From Escherichia phage PBM-1: DNA of 64,000 nt. Positions 1-9,658 of the stretch are shown in pieces. A model generated the notes under the pieces. The model did no database searches, was not told the origin of the DNA, and saw only the letters and a list, made by a program, of their open reading frames with translations. The translations under genes and the position numbers were made by a program. Location of the stretch: the sequence record PV029540; one strand, written 5' to 3'. How positions within the stretch are numbered: the first letter of the stretch is position 1; each line of letters opens with the position of its first letter.

Positions 1-56
1 ACTGGCCATTCACACTTTTCGCAGTGGGCATTTTTAAGAATACTTGTTTGGCTCAT
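1..56 (-). CDS. hypothetical protein, N-terminal part only (continues past window start)
   Basis: Minus-strand ATG near 56 overlapping the stop of the upstream gene (ATGA coupling); truncated by the window edge. Confidence 0.25.
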   Translation of the reverse strand, partial: MSQTSILKNAHCEKCEWP

Positions 57-265
57 AACCATGTAACCTTTAAACAATATTCTTCTACGTGTTGTTTACG
101 ACCTTTCTTATCAATAAAGGTATATTCAACGAATGTTCCAATATAGTCTTTATCTACACCATGTGGACTATTAATTGGGCATTTAGTACGGCAAATGCGT
201 TCCCATTGACGAATAATTTCCACTTTGTTTTTAGGATCAAACGGATGCGGGTAATGTACTTTCAT
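53..265 (-). CDS. hypothetical protein (70 aa)
   Basis: ORF in the co-directional early gene chain; overlaps neighbour stop. Confidence 0.45.
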   Translation of the reverse strand: MKVHYPHPFDPKNKVEIIRQWERICRTKCPINSPHGVDKDYIGTFVEYTFIDKKGRKQHVEEYCLKVTWL

Positions 266-716
266 AATCCACCACTATTAAATCAATATCAGGAGTAAAC
301 ATGTCGATTAATTTAGAAACCTTATCCCAATCGCCGCCAGCAATACCGCAACCTATACGTGGAATGTAAATTACTGGTTTAAACAAAAGGGTTTCTGCCT
401 GTAGATTTAATTCTATCATGCAGTTTACTAAAGCACCATAATCAAGATTAGGACCCGGTTCGTATTGCGTATACAGGTTATAGCATATACCAAATCCCGT
501 AGGACTATGTTTAAAAACAATAGACATATCGCCTAATTTATCACGAGAACCGTACTCGGTAGTGGTTTTATCTATTTCTAAAATTTTGGGATAGGCTCTT
601 GCTAATTGACCCGCTACGCCAGAGCCCATTGTGTGGAAGCAATTGCACCCGTGCGCAATAATATTACCTTGAAGAAATAGGGCGACAATATCGCCCTTGA
701 TATATTTTACAATCAT
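237..716 (-). CDS. macro-domain-like protein (putative ADP-ribose binding/processing)
   Basis: 159 aa; N-terminal GDI..AHGCNC..GSGVAGQ and C-terminal IPRIGCGIAGGDW motifs resemble the two glycine-rich macro-domain motifs (compare E. coli YmdB); by-eye call. Confidence 0.55.
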   Translation of the reverse strand: MIVKYIKGDIVALFLQGNIIAHGCNCFHTMGSGVAGQLARAYPKILEIDKTTTEYGSRDKLGDMSIVFKHSPTGFGICYNLYTQYEPGPNLDYGALVNCMIELNLQAETLLFKPVIYIPRIGCGIAGGDWDKVSKLIDMFTPDIDLIVVDYESTLPASV

Positions 717-1060
717 CTAGTACTCAATCCTCGATTATAAGAATCTACTAAACGGTCAACCATTGAATGACAAGCGGCTTTATCTTTCTCCTCCGCAACT
801 GAACATTCTAAGGTATTCCACTTTTTAGCATATCGTTTTAACAATGTATCATTTTTGTATCTGCTTGATTTATCTCTTTCTCCGTCTTTATATGCATATA
901 TTAATTTCTGCGCAAATTCAGCTTGGCATGCTTTATTTTTCCCACAATAATCCGCGGCAGTACGGTTTACATACTCTCTAATTTCAGTATATGATGTATC
1001 TGCTAACGCAGAAGCAGAAAATGAAATTAATCCTATACATAAAACCAAAATTTTAGTCAT
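713..1060 (-). CDS. predicted secreted/periplasmic protein
   Basis: 115 aa; hydrophobic N-terminus MTKILVLCIGLISFSASALA looks like a cleavable signal peptide; 4 Cys in mature part. Confidence 0.55.
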   Translation of the reverse strand: MTKILVLCIGLISFSASALADTSYTEIREYVNRTAADYCGKNKACQAEFAQKLIYAYKDGERDKSSRYKNDTLLKRYAKKWNTLECSVAEEKDKAACHSMVDRLVDSYNRGLSTR

Positions 1061-1598
1061 TTACTATTTCCAAAAGTTTATTATTTTTAAGGTAATTAGC
1101 CTTTTCTAGGACTTCAGAAGCATATTTAGAACCTGCTTTAACATTCCATCCCGAATTATAAGAGGATATCGCCTTTCTTATATCGCCCTTATGTATATTT
1201 AACCAATAAGAAAGTTCAATGTACGCCCAGGAAGCTGAATTGGACCGTTTATTCAACATTCTTTTTATTTCAGCATCGGTCATATTATAACCAAGTTCCT
1301 TAACTCTTGCTCGCATAGTAGGCAAATAATTTTGGAACATTCCATAGGCATGATGCTTTGGTTTAGATTTTAAATTAACTCCGGCAGAGCTTTCTTGCCA
1401 CAAAATAGCAGCCATTATATGACCCAATCCGCTCTTATGGATGTTTTTGTGTGTTTTATATTTTCCATCCTTAGAAAATTGTTCCCCGAATTGATATGCG
1501 TAGCGCATGTTATCGAGTTGGACATTACTGAAAGTATGCTCGGAGCTATGCGCCATCATTGAAATGGCCAATAGACCAGCGAGTAGTGCTTTTCTCAT
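1053..1598 (-). CDS. predicted periplasmic lytic transglycosylase-like protein
   Basis: 181 aa; signal-peptide-like N-terminus MRKALLAGLLAISMMAHS; SLT-like motifs ILWQESS and YGMFQ. Confidence 0.55.
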   Translation of the reverse strand: MRKALLAGLLAISMMAHSSEHTFSNVQLDNMRYAYQFGEQFSKDGKYKTHKNIHKSGLGHIMAAILWQESSAGVNLKSKPKHHAYGMFQNYLPTMRARVKELGYNMTDAEIKRMLNKRSNSASWAYIELSYWLNIHKGDIRKAISSYNSGWNVKAGSKYASEVLEKANYLKNNKLLEIVND

Positions 1599-1605
1599 GC
1601 TTACC

Positions 1606-2067
1606 TCATTGAGTTTTAATTACTGCTTTAGAAGCCTTTCCTGGTAAACGACGACTGTTAATAATTGCCATCCTACATTGAAGTGACGGGTCTTTGAACT
1701 TCGCATTAGGTTTACAAACTGTAAATCCAAGCCAAAGATTTCCATCTGTGATTTCTAAACGTCCAGGACGGTATTCAACCCCATCAATAAAATCCTCATC
1801 AATGTCAGGACGCGGAGGCATACTCAGGAATTCATTAACTTCTAAAACATGGTCTTTTATTTTGTGGAATAATTCAAAAACATATGTCTCATCAATCTCC
1901 CGTTGAATTGCACGATCAAGAAGATGTTGAGAATATTTTAGATGAAACGATGAGACCCCTGCTGCTTTTGATGCCTCACGAATCTCATTGTTAATTTGAC
2001 GAAACTCCGACTCAAAGTGACGACGAAGCTTATTTCGACGGATAAAAACTTCTGTGTTGATAGTCAT
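1606..2067 (-). CDS. regB: RegB sequence-specific endoribonuclease
   Basis: 153 aa, near-identical to remembered T4 RegB (MTINTEVFIRRNKLRRHFESEFRQ...). Confidence 0.9.
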   Translation of the reverse strand: MTINTEVFIRRNKLRRHFESEFRQINNEIREASKAAGVSSFHLKYSQHLLDRAIQREIDETYVFELFHKIKDHVLEVNEFLSMPPRPDIDEDFIDGVEYRPGRLEITDGNLWLGFTVCKPNAKFKDPSLQCRMAIINSRRLPGKASKAVIKTQ

Positions 2068-2126
2068 GTTATTCTCCTCTTAACTGATAGAAAAATTATA
2101 CCACAGTCAAGAGGAAAAGTAAACAG

Positions 2127-2405
2127 TTATTCTTTAAATCTAATCAATTTATTCATAGACTTTGAAACTTCTGCACGGACCTCATGTAAGTTTTTAAGCT
2201 GTTCAAGACGCTGCTCATAGTAAGCAATTTCATCTTCTTCGAGACAGTCCTGTGAATCTTCTTTAAGATAACGTGCATAGTCCTGGAAAGCTTTACGGAC
2301 TACTTCTTGGAAGTCATCAAGACTTTGAATTTTCTTAGGAGCAACAGATACACGACGAGGGGCAGTATAATACTCATAACCAAACCCTGCGCTTAATTGA
2401 GCCAT
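2127..2405 (-). CDS. hypothetical protein (92 aa from second Met)
   Basis: ORF 2127-2447; internal ATG at 2405 overlaps upstream stop (TAATG coupling). Confidence 0.5.
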   Translation of the reverse strand: MAQLSAGFGYEYYTAPRRVSVAPKKIQSLDDFQEVVRKAFQDYARYLKEDSQDCLEEDEIAYYEQRLEQLKNLHEVRAEVSKSMNKLIRFKE

Positions 2406-2707
2406 TAATATTTTTCCTCTGGTTGGAACACAGCACGACAAGCCCACATACTAGCTTCTTTGAGTTTCGTTTTAGCAATAGTTAACTGATCGAGGCTTTC
2501 AGCATAATTCTTTGCGAATTCGTAGTCTTCACAATTATCTAGTGCTTCCCAGAATTCATCATATAAAGCGTCAAAGATAAGTCCTAAACGAACTTCAGCG
2601 TCTTTGATAGCATTCACTTTATCGATTTTCTCTTCAGTGTGCGGCTTATAACCTTTAATATCTTCAATCATATTTGACTTCCTCGCCCGTTCCCAAATCA
2701 TATTCAA
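2405..2707 (-). CDS. hypothetical protein (100 aa)
   Basis: ORF in co-directional early chain. Confidence 0.5.
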   Translation of the reverse strand: MNMIWERARKSNMIEDIKGYKPHTEEKIDKVNAIKDAEVRLGLIFDALYDEFWEALDNCEDYEFAKNYAESLDQLTIAKTKLKEASMWACRAVFQPEEKY

Positions 2708-2885
2708 CTAAACGAATAGGTTCATAAATGCCATATCCCTGAACAGAAATTTCTGTCGTAGGATAAATTCCACTAATATCACCCATATTCCACGCTTCAT
2801 TAAATTGCTGTTCGCCTGAATTACTAAACCATTCTGCGAAAGCATTTAACACATCTTTAGAACCTTCAATAATTATCTTTGCCAT
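2664..2885 (-). CDS. hypothetical protein (73 aa)
   Basis: ORF in co-directional early chain. Confidence 0.45.
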   Translation of the reverse strand: MAKIIIEGSKDVLNAFAEWFSNSGEQQFNEAWNMGDISGIYPTTEISVQGYGIYEPIRLVEYDLGTGEEVKYD

Positions 2886-3259
2886 TACAAGCTCTCAGTA
2901 AAGGTACGAGCGATAACGTCGCGCTGCTGTTCCGGAGTCAGAGAGTTAAAGCGAACTGCATAACCGGATACACGGATGGTCAGCTGCGGATATTTTTCCG
3001 GATGCTTAACTGCATCTTCCAGCGTTTCACGACGCAGAACGTTAACGTTCAAGTGTTGACCACCTTCAATTTTAACTGTAGGTTGTGTTTCAATTTCAAT
3101 TTCACGGGCATGCAAACCATAGAAAATTTCTGGGTCTACAAAAGAGTCCTCTTTAAAGGTTTTAGAGACAATAATTCGTGCTTGAATACCATCTTCAAAA
3201 TAAATAGTACCTTTATGTGTGCCTTCAAGAATTTGATATGCTTTCATATACCCTCTCAA
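2885..3259 (-). CDS. GrcA/YfiD-like autonomous glycyl radical cofactor
   Basis: 124 aa; C-terminal ~60 aa ([63 protein letters not shown]) matches E. coli GrcA glycine-radical domain; T4 is known to encode such a protein (Y06I). Confidence 0.85.
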   Translation of the reverse strand: MRGYMKAYQILEGTHKGTIYFEDGIQARIIVSKTFKEDSFVDPEIFYGLHAREIEIETQPTVKIEGGQHLNVNVLRRETLEDAVKHPEKYPQLTIRVSGYAVRFNSLTPEQQRDVIARTFTESL

Positions 3260-3585
3260 TTAGAAAATAAATTTATCCAAGATTGCTCTTTAATTAAAAA
3301 TGGCTCAGAATCATATGCCATCAAACTTTGGGTGATTAGTCCTTTAAAAGGTCCATCAATAAATTCCATGGTAAAATATGGAATTTTATTCATTAATCTT
3401 GCATTAGGAGCAGTGCACAAAACTCTGCATCCTTTGAATACGCCTTTTTGTAATTTGTATTGCTTAGGATAAAATTCGCTCAAGACGTTGTTATTTGCCA
3501 AAATTTCAAAATGATTCACCAACTTATTTTTAATAGTTTTTGGTGAAAAATAAAGATATTCGAAAAGCTGTGTGTCTGTCATCAT
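3256..3585 (-). CDS. hypothetical protein
   Basis: ORF 3256-3636; likely start at the MM pair coupled to upstream stop. Confidence 0.5.
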   Translation of the reverse strand: MMTDTQLFEYLYFSPKTIKNKLVNHFEILANNNVLSEFYPKQYKLQKGVFKGCRVLCTAPNARLMNKIPYFTMEFIDGPFKGLITQSLMAYDSEPFLIKEQSWINLFSN

Positions 3586-4124
3586 TGCATTCCGATTACG
3601 AAAAACTGCGGACGAGTAATACCACCGATGCAGCATTTACTATTGCAACAGTATTGTACAGTTTCAATATGAATATCGTAAATTTTATCCATATCAGGAG
3701 ATTTAACAGGCTCATCGATTATATACAGAATTCGAGAAAGCGTTAAACCTCTGAACTTGCTACCTCTATTACCAACAAAACTACGGACAGAATCAGTAAA
3801 TAAACGGAATCGAATATCATCGCTAGAATAACGAGAAAATTCTTTTTTAATGTGGTCCGCAGAAATTTTAGCGTAAGATGAAGTATTAGAAAGAACAATA
3901 ACTGTTCCACCGTCATACAACCAATTAGCAGCAAAGTTAGTCACAGCAATTGATTTACCGGATTGACGTCCACCATCTAGTCGAAGTGTGCAGTATTCTT
4001 TAAATAAATGTGGCGAATCAGGTACATAAAATCCACTATTACAAATTTCTTCTACTCTAGCATCAGAATGGTGTGTAAAAACATTCATCAGGGATAGATA
4101 AGGACCAGTTAAAAATGTTCTCAT
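3582..4124 (-). CDS. hypothetical P-loop NTPase-like protein
   Basis: ORF 3582-4172; Walker A-like GGRQSGKS and Walker B-like ILYIIDEP; start set at Met17 to avoid overlap with denV. Confidence 0.45.
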   Translation of the reverse strand: MRTFLTGPYLSLMNVFTHHSDARVEEICNSGFYVPDSPHLFKEYCTLRLDGGRQSGKSIAVTNFAANWLYDGGTVIVLSNTSSYAKISADHIKKEFSRYSSDDIRFRLFTDSVRSFVGNRGSKFRGLTLSRILYIIDEPVKSPDMDKIYDIHIETVQYCCNSKCCIGGITRPQFFVIGMQ

Positions 4125-4134
4125 TTTGTTATCT

Positions 4135-4686
4135 CTAAATTTGGGCCATTCCATGGCGCATGAATTTTCCATTTCTGTATTTACCCATTACCGCACTTGG
4201 GCTCGACCTTATTACAGGTTGGCGGGAATCCCTCATAGAATCATGAGGTCCAGCTTGTTCCCATGTTATTTGAATGTAAATATTTTTGCCGTAGTATTTA
4301 TACCAGTGTGGCTTCATTAAAATTTTTTCATCGAGTCGTTGTTGACTCAACTTAATAGCTGATTTGCATGGGTTATAATCATTTTTCCATTCTGCTGGAA
4401 TATCGCTGATGTCAGGAACTTCAGTATCTTTTATACTAAACCCACGTTTTAAGCATTCCATTATAATGTCTGATTGACGCTTTCGCAAAAATTCTAACTT
4501 ATCGTAAAAGAACGTGACATGACCAGAACCTAAAATAAACTCGGAAGATATTTTAAAATCTTTAACCCGTTTACCATTTGCCACGTGTTTACGAACTATA
4601 CCAAAAACACGTGGCAATTCACGGTATTCCGCAATTAAATGTTGGTCAGCAAGTTCAGATACTAAAGTCAAATTAATACGAGTCAT
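4135..4686 (-). CDS. denV: endonuclease V (pyrimidine dimer DNA glycosylase), C-terminally extended relative to T4
   Basis: First ~136 aa about 75% identical to remembered T4 DenV ([17 protein letters not shown]...WYKYYGK); ORF continues ~45 codons beyond the T4 stop position. Confidence 0.8.
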   Translation of the reverse strand: MTRINLTLVSELADQHLIAEYRELPRVFGIVRKHVANGKRVKDFKISSEFILGSGHVTFFYDKLEFLRKRQSDIIMECLKRGFSIKDTEVPDISDIPAEWKNDYNPCKSAIKLSQQRLDEKILMKPHWYKYYGKNIYIQITWEQAGPHDSMRDSRQPVIRSSPSAVMGKYRNGKFMRHGMAQI

Positions 4687-4689
4687 TTT

Positions 4690-4740
4690 ATCTCTCCAAG
4701 TAACTGTGAATATACTATCACAATTCTAGGAGAAAATAAA
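4690..4740 (-). promoter_or_regulatory. sigma70-type early promoter-like element upstream of denV
   Basis: Minus strand GTTTAT-N18-TAGTAT then GGAGAG SD; near-duplicate of the element at 5050-5100. Confidence 0.4.
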
Positions 4741-4743
4741 CTG

Positions 4744-5046
4744 TTATTTACCTTTAATTACTTTAGCTGCTTCGATAGCCGCTTGCTGAAGGTCATCCAT
4801 AGACATACCGAATTTAGAAGCAAAGTTATCAATTTTCTTTTCGACAGCATTCAAAGGCTTGGCCTGTTTACCTTCATTAGCGCCAGGAAGAGCGAGAATA
4901 CGCTCTTTGTCAATATAAAGGCTTACAAGTTTCTTACGGTCTTTATCGGACAAATCGTGAAATGAATGGGCCTTTTTATTTATAGCGGCTTCTAATTTAC
5001 CTGCACTCACTCGCGCTTCAGTAATAAATTCTTGATATGTTTTCAT
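4744..5046 (-). CDS. ipII: internal protein II-like (capsid-targeted internal protein)
   Basis: 100 aa; N-terminal MKTYQEFITEA capsid-targeting sequence; position between denV and e. Confidence 0.7.
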   Translation of the reverse strand: MKTYQEFITEARVSAGKLEAAINKKAHSFHDLSDKDRKKLVSLYIDKERILALPGANEGKQAKPLNAVEKKIDNFASKFGMSMDDLQQAAIEAAKVIKGK

Positions 5047-5049
5047 ATG

Positions 5050-5100
5050 TTTCCTTTAAATATTTTAATTAGTAATTGTGAATATATTATCGCAGTTTTA
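5050..5100 (-). promoter_or_regulatory. sigma70-type early promoter-like element upstream of ipII
   Basis: Minus strand GTTTAT-N18-TAATAT; ~40-nt repeat shared with 4690-4740. Confidence 0.4.
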
Positions 5101-5117
5101 GGAGAAAATAAACAACT

Positions 5118-5648
<531 letters not shown>

Positions 5649-6089
5649 TTAAAAGAGGTTGTTCATTATTCTGTAAAGTGAAGGACCCATCACATATTGC
5701 CACTGAGTACGAGGAATAAGAGCAAAAGCATCCATCTCTGGAATCATAACGCCATCTTTATTTTCAAAATAAGACTCGCAATGGCAATTTCTAAACATCT
5801 CATGCTCTACTGGAATCGTATAATAAAATAACTGTAAGTCTTTATTACTAGAATATTTAAATACACCTAAGTCTTCTAGAAGGTCTGGATTATAATTGCT
5901 AAAGCCAGTCTCTTCTAAGCATTCTCTTCGTGCTGCATCTAGTGCGCTTAAATCAGAACTTTCTACACGCCCCTTTGGAATATCCCAGCGATGTGCCATC
6001 ATTCCATGTTTACGAGAACCAGTAACTCGTCCCATAAATAAATCTTTATCTTCTGTCATAAAGATAATACCAGCTGATAGTGTTTTCAT
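5649..6089 (-). CDS. nudE: Nudix hydrolase
   Basis: ORF 5649-6104; start at Met6 with AGGAAA SD and ATGA overlap with upstream stop; Nudix-box-like RECLEETG; position next to e. Confidence 0.8.
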   Translation of the reverse strand: MKTLSAGIIFMTEDKDLFMGRVTGSRKHGMMAHRWDIPKGRVESSDLSALDAARRECLEETGFSNYNPDLLEDLGVFKYSSNKDLQLFYYTIPVEHEMFRNCHCESYFENKDGVMIPEMDAFALIPRTQWQYVMGPSLYRIMNNLF

Positions 6090-6574
6090 TTTAATTTCCT
6101 GCATTCAGTGATAAAATTATTTAAATTTTGAGCATATTTCTTTTCATCAAAAATCTTTTGTTGTCTGCGCATCCGCCATGGCATTTCAATGAACATGTAC
6201 CATATTCCTGATAATATTGATGCTGTAAAAATATTAACAAGTATGGTTAAAAGAATCCAATCTCCTATTCTGTCCATTGGATTTTTTATAAAAAAGTAAA
6301 ATACGAATGATGACACAGGAAGACTAATGATATACCACAGAATCATAATCTTATCTGTGAACCATTCAGCATTCGTTAACTTAGCACGACCATTATGAAT
6401 ACACACGAATTTATCATCTGTTACAGTAGATGGCTTAACTGCTTGATATCCCATTCTAAACTCCCTAATTAATCGTTTCTTTGTATCTTCAGAACAGCCG
6501 CTCCAGTCAACTCTATCAACTGAAATGCCATCGTCCCCATCATCTAAATCATACCAGTGAGTTTTTAAAATCAT
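6086..6574 (-). CDS. hypothetical membrane protein
   Basis: 162 aa; hydrophobic segments; ATGA coupling at both ends. Confidence 0.55.
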   Translation of the reverse strand: MILKTHWYDLDDGDDGISVDRVDWSGCSEDTKKRLIREFRMGYQAVKPSTVTDDKFVCIHNGRAKLTNAEWFTDKIMILWYIISLPVSSFVFYFFIKNPMDRIGDWILLTILVNIFTASILSGIWYMFIEMPWRMRRQQKIFDEKKYAQNLNNFITECRKLK

Positions 6575-6945
6575 TTAATTTTCCTACAATCACTCACAAA
6601 CTCTTCCATTGATTCTTTTTCAATATAAGACATATAGCTATTATATTCCTTTAATTGTATTTTGTAATCCTTTTTTCTTTGCCAATTTATTTTAAAATTA
6701 TCATAATGAAAATATAACATGGTACCAAAGAATGAAAATAATGAAATTGCTATAGTATAATGAAGTTCACTCCAAACTTCTATTATATCTACTATACCGC
6801 TGACGTTACTGCGGATGTTTAAAATAAAACAGTCAATTAACAATCCAATAAAACTACCCGCAAGAGCTGCAGCCAATGCCACAGCAAAAATTGAAAATGA
6901 CTCAGAAAAAGAATATTTGACTTTATTTAGTTTTGGCTTTTGCAT
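6571..6945 (-). CDS. hypothetical membrane protein
   Basis: 124 aa; hydrophobic segments. Confidence 0.55.
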   Translation of the reverse strand: MQKPKLNKVKYSFSESFSIFAVALAAALAGSFIGLLIDCFILNIRSNVSGIVDIIEVWSELHYTIAISLFSFFGTMLYFHYDNFKINWQRKKDYKIQLKEYNSYMSYIEKESMEEFVSDCRKIK

Positions 6946-7319
6946 CGTGATTCCTTAACAAATTTCATAATTTCATCAAATTCATACATATCTAGCTTAA
7001 GCTGGTGTTCCTTTTTAATCTTTTTACACTGAGCTTTCCAATCACGTACACGTTTACGATAATGTCTTCCTTGATACCAGTATCCTACCCAATTTACAGG
7101 TACTAATAAAAGCGGAACTACCAATGGAAGAATTAGTGTTGCTCCAAATATTACACCAGATTCAATATCAGTCATAACGTCTATAACCATTCCAGCAATC
7201 ACCAAAATCACAAATGATACAGCTACCACAGGACCTATTAACACATCAGTAGAAATTAGCTGACGCTTTGGTTCATACTTCACAGGTTTACTTGGAAGGT
7301 ATAGTGATGGCTTTGACAT
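6927..7319 (-). CDS. hypothetical membrane protein
   Basis: ORF 6927-7340 begins at a non-ATG codon; first ATG is Met8; two hydrophobic helices. Confidence 0.5.
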   Translation of the reverse strand: MSKPSLYLPSKPVKYEPKRQLISTDVLIGPVVAVSFVILVIAGMVIDVMTDIESGVIFGATLILPLVVPLLLVPVNWVGYWYQGRHYRKRVRDWKAQCKKIKKEHQLKLDMYEFDEIMKFVKESRCKSQN

Positions 7320-7902
7320 ATTCTCTACATTCCTTAACAAATTTTTCTAATAATAAATCGCTTTCAAAATTGGGATTTTCTACGAATTTATCAAAAAGAT
7401 CATCAACAATAGTTAAGATATTCTTTTTACTAAGAATACGCTTATTTTCATATTTTGTTTCAGAGTCAACTATAAGAGTAAAGAAATATTTCTTTCCCTG
7501 AAATTTTACCGTAGTATCAATATAAAATAAATTTGATTTTTGTAAATTACGTTTAAACCATGCATCACTTAAACTATAAACGCCAAGATAATCATAATCG
7601 TCGTTTAAATAACAAACCGTCCATTCAGGGGAAATGAAATCAGTAAATTCAACATCAAAATCACACGTCAATGAATGAATTGATTCAATACTGTTAATGA
7701 GTATTCCAGGACGTATTAAAGACTTTTTACCTCTATAAAATCTTCCAGAAAGACTTTCATCAGTTTCATATGAAGACCCCCAATAGTAATTACGTCCTTC
7801 TGCCATGCGTTTAAGAGCATTTAGTAATTGGTCTGGAACATCAACCTGTCTTTGGAACTCTTCAAACATTGAATTGAAATCACTTTGCATTTTCATTTTC
7901 AT
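7288..7902 (-). CDS. hypothetical protein (204 aa)
   Basis: ORF in early chain. Confidence 0.55.
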   Translation of the reverse strand: MKMKMQSDFNSMFEEFQRQVDVPDQLLNALKRMAEGRNYYWGSSYETDESLSGRFYRGKKSLIRPGILINSIESIHSLTCDFDVEFTDFISPEWTVCYLNDDYDYLGVYSLSDAWFKRNLQKSNLFYIDTTVKFQGKKYFFTLIVDSETKYENKRILSKKNILTIVDDLFDKFVENPNFESDLLLEKFVKECREYVKAITIPSK

Positions 7903-7943
7903 TCCTATTTACTCCAAGTATAAGGGGCCGAAGCCCCTTATCA

Positions 7944-8537
7944 TTATTTCAGAGAATTAATGTATTCCTGAACATCGGCAGAGGTAGTTTCAACCCCAGA
8001 AATATTACCATTAAAGGTTTCAACTCGAGCAAGGGTATCTTCAATATCAACCTTAGTCAGTGCTGCAATTTCAACTACATCATCGGCAGTACTAATTCCA
8101 AGGGCATTTGCCGCACGAGTTTCACGGATATATTCCAATTTAACTGCAAGCTCTTGACGAGCATCATCTAACTCAACTACTTTCTTGGCGATTTCAATTC
8201 GCATTTCAGCATAACCGTCAGCCTTAGTAGTCAACTGCTCAGCTGTTCGACGATATAGTAAACCGAGTTTAGCATGCATTGTTACATCTTGACCTTCGGA
8301 AAGAAGTTTACGAATTTCACGCTCTTTTGATTCAGCCTGTCGATTCTTTTCGACAATAAGTTCACGAATACGTTTTTCTTCATTAATAGATTTAACAGAA
8401 GCAGTTTTTAGATCTTTAATTTTATCAAGCAGTTTTGCTGCTGCAGCAGTATACTGTTCTTCAACAGATAGATTTTTAGCCATAGCAGAACCAAGTTTAG
8501 TGCGAATAAACTCAACAATTTTCTTTAGTGTGTTCAT
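7944..8537 (-). CDS. hypothetical coiled-coil protein (197 aa)
   Basis: Charged heptad-like sequence; GC hairpin immediately downstream. Confidence 0.55.
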   Translation of the reverse strand: MNTLKKIVEFIRTKLGSAMAKNLSVEEQYTAAAAKLLDKIKDLKTASVKSINEEKRIRELIVEKNRQAESKEREIRKLLSEGQDVTMHAKLGLLYRRTAEQLTTKADGYAEMRIEIAKKVVELDDARQELAVKLEYIRETRAANALGISTADDVVEIAALTKVDIEDTLARVETFNGNISGVETTSADVQEYINSLK

Positions 8538-8579
8538 AGTATTTCCTTAGGTTGATTAAAAATAAAATCTGTGGAAGAA

Positions 8580-9110
8580 TTATATCATGCTATTTAAGAG
8601 GTGTAAACTATTTTTAATTTTACAAATTCGTTCAGCTTCTTCAACAGCGGCGGCGATAATGCTTTTAGCTATAGGAGTACTAATACTAGTAGCTTTTACA
8701 CTTAACACGATTTCTTTATCTTTACCAGGCCAACCCCACGTTTTTTCACCGTGAGTGCCTTTAATTACAGCAGACACCTCAAGTGAGCATCCATTATCAC
8801 ATGTTTTTACATTAACAACCCAAGGGTCACTTTTCTCAACCGGTTTATCAATCGGTTTATCCCAGTAAATATTAAGAATACGTGGGACATCAAATTTAGC
8901 AGGGCAAATCTTAACCGTAAGACCTTCGCTTTCTAGCCAATTAATAAGAGGGCGTTCATACATGCGGCGATGTGGGCTTCGGACTCGACAAGCCTTGTGC
9001 CCATTGCTTGCGGCTTCACTAAGCTGTTCTAATACCTGCTTTTGCATTATTGATAAGATACCATCAAAAGATTTTTCGGAAGTTTCATTCAGTTCTGTAT
9101 AAAGAGACAT
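8580..9110 (-). CDS. hypothetical protein (176 aa)
   Basis: ORF in early chain. Confidence 0.55.
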   Translation of the reverse strand: MSLYTELNETSEKSFDGILSIMQKQVLEQLSEAASNGHKACRVRSPHRRMYERPLINWLESEGLTVKICPAKFDVPRILNIYWDKPIDKPVEKSDPWVVNVKTCDNGCSLEVSAVIKGTHGEKTWGWPGKDKEIVLSVKATSISTPIAKSIIAAAVEEAERICKIKNSLHLLNSMI

Positions 9111-9165
9111 AACGGTTTCCTCAAGTTACAGGCTCATAATATCTCAATCATGAGCCTATGTAAAC

Positions 9166-9429
9166 TTATTTCATATTATTGAAATATTCTTCTGCGATTT
9201 CGTCGTTATCGTGGTAAACTTTAGAAGACAGTTTAACATAACCTTCAGCAGTGAACATATTAATCACAACCTTTACAGTATACCACTGACCGTCTTCATT
9301 ACCCATTACTGCGTAAGTTTCAAACATCGGATGATCAGGACCGATAACTTTAATATCATTCACTGTACGACCGAAATCTTCTGAAACGCATTTCATAAAG
9401 AAGTTGAACAGTTCGCCGTAATTATCCAT
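9166..9429 (-). CDS. hypothetical protein (87 aa)
   Basis: ORF 9166-9549; upstream 120 nt is a conserved promoter element, so start placed at Met41 with GGAGAA SD. Confidence 0.5.
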   Translation of the reverse strand: MDNYGELFNFFMKCVSEDFGRTVNDIKVIGPDHPMFETYAVMGNEDGQWYTVKVVINMFTAEGYVKLSSKVYHDNDEIAEEYFNNMK

Positions 9430-9469
9430 TTCATTCTCCAAGTTGTTTTCTGTATCAGTAGTTGATAGT

Positions 9470-9530
9470 TGTATAGTACCATGGAAGAACAGAGATGTAA
9501 ACAGTTTTGTGAAAAAATTTTTAGGGAATT
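9470..9530 (-). promoter_or_regulatory. T4-type early promoter
   Basis: Minus strand A/T-rich UP region, GTTTACA, 17-18 nt spacer, TACTATA. Confidence 0.5.
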
Positions 9531-9658
9531 CTAGGGCAGGGATGGGCAATTAAAGGATAGGATAATATATTATAAAGGGTATAAACTAAATGATGCCTAG
9601 AGAGGTCCAGAAAGGCCTAGATACCAAAAAGCCCTATCATTTAGATAGGGATTTAAAA

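Noticed and set aside
2879-3472. 197-aa plus-strand ORF opposite the GrcA-like gene
   Set aside because: Antisense to two minus-strand genes, one with a strongly conserved glycyl-radical domain; Cys/Phe/Asn-rich low-complexity translation; no promoter or SD.
7944-8537. Possible PspA/IM30-like identity for the 197-aa coiled-coil protein
   Set aside because: Only generic charged coiled-coil character; no specific motif to support the assignment without a profile search.
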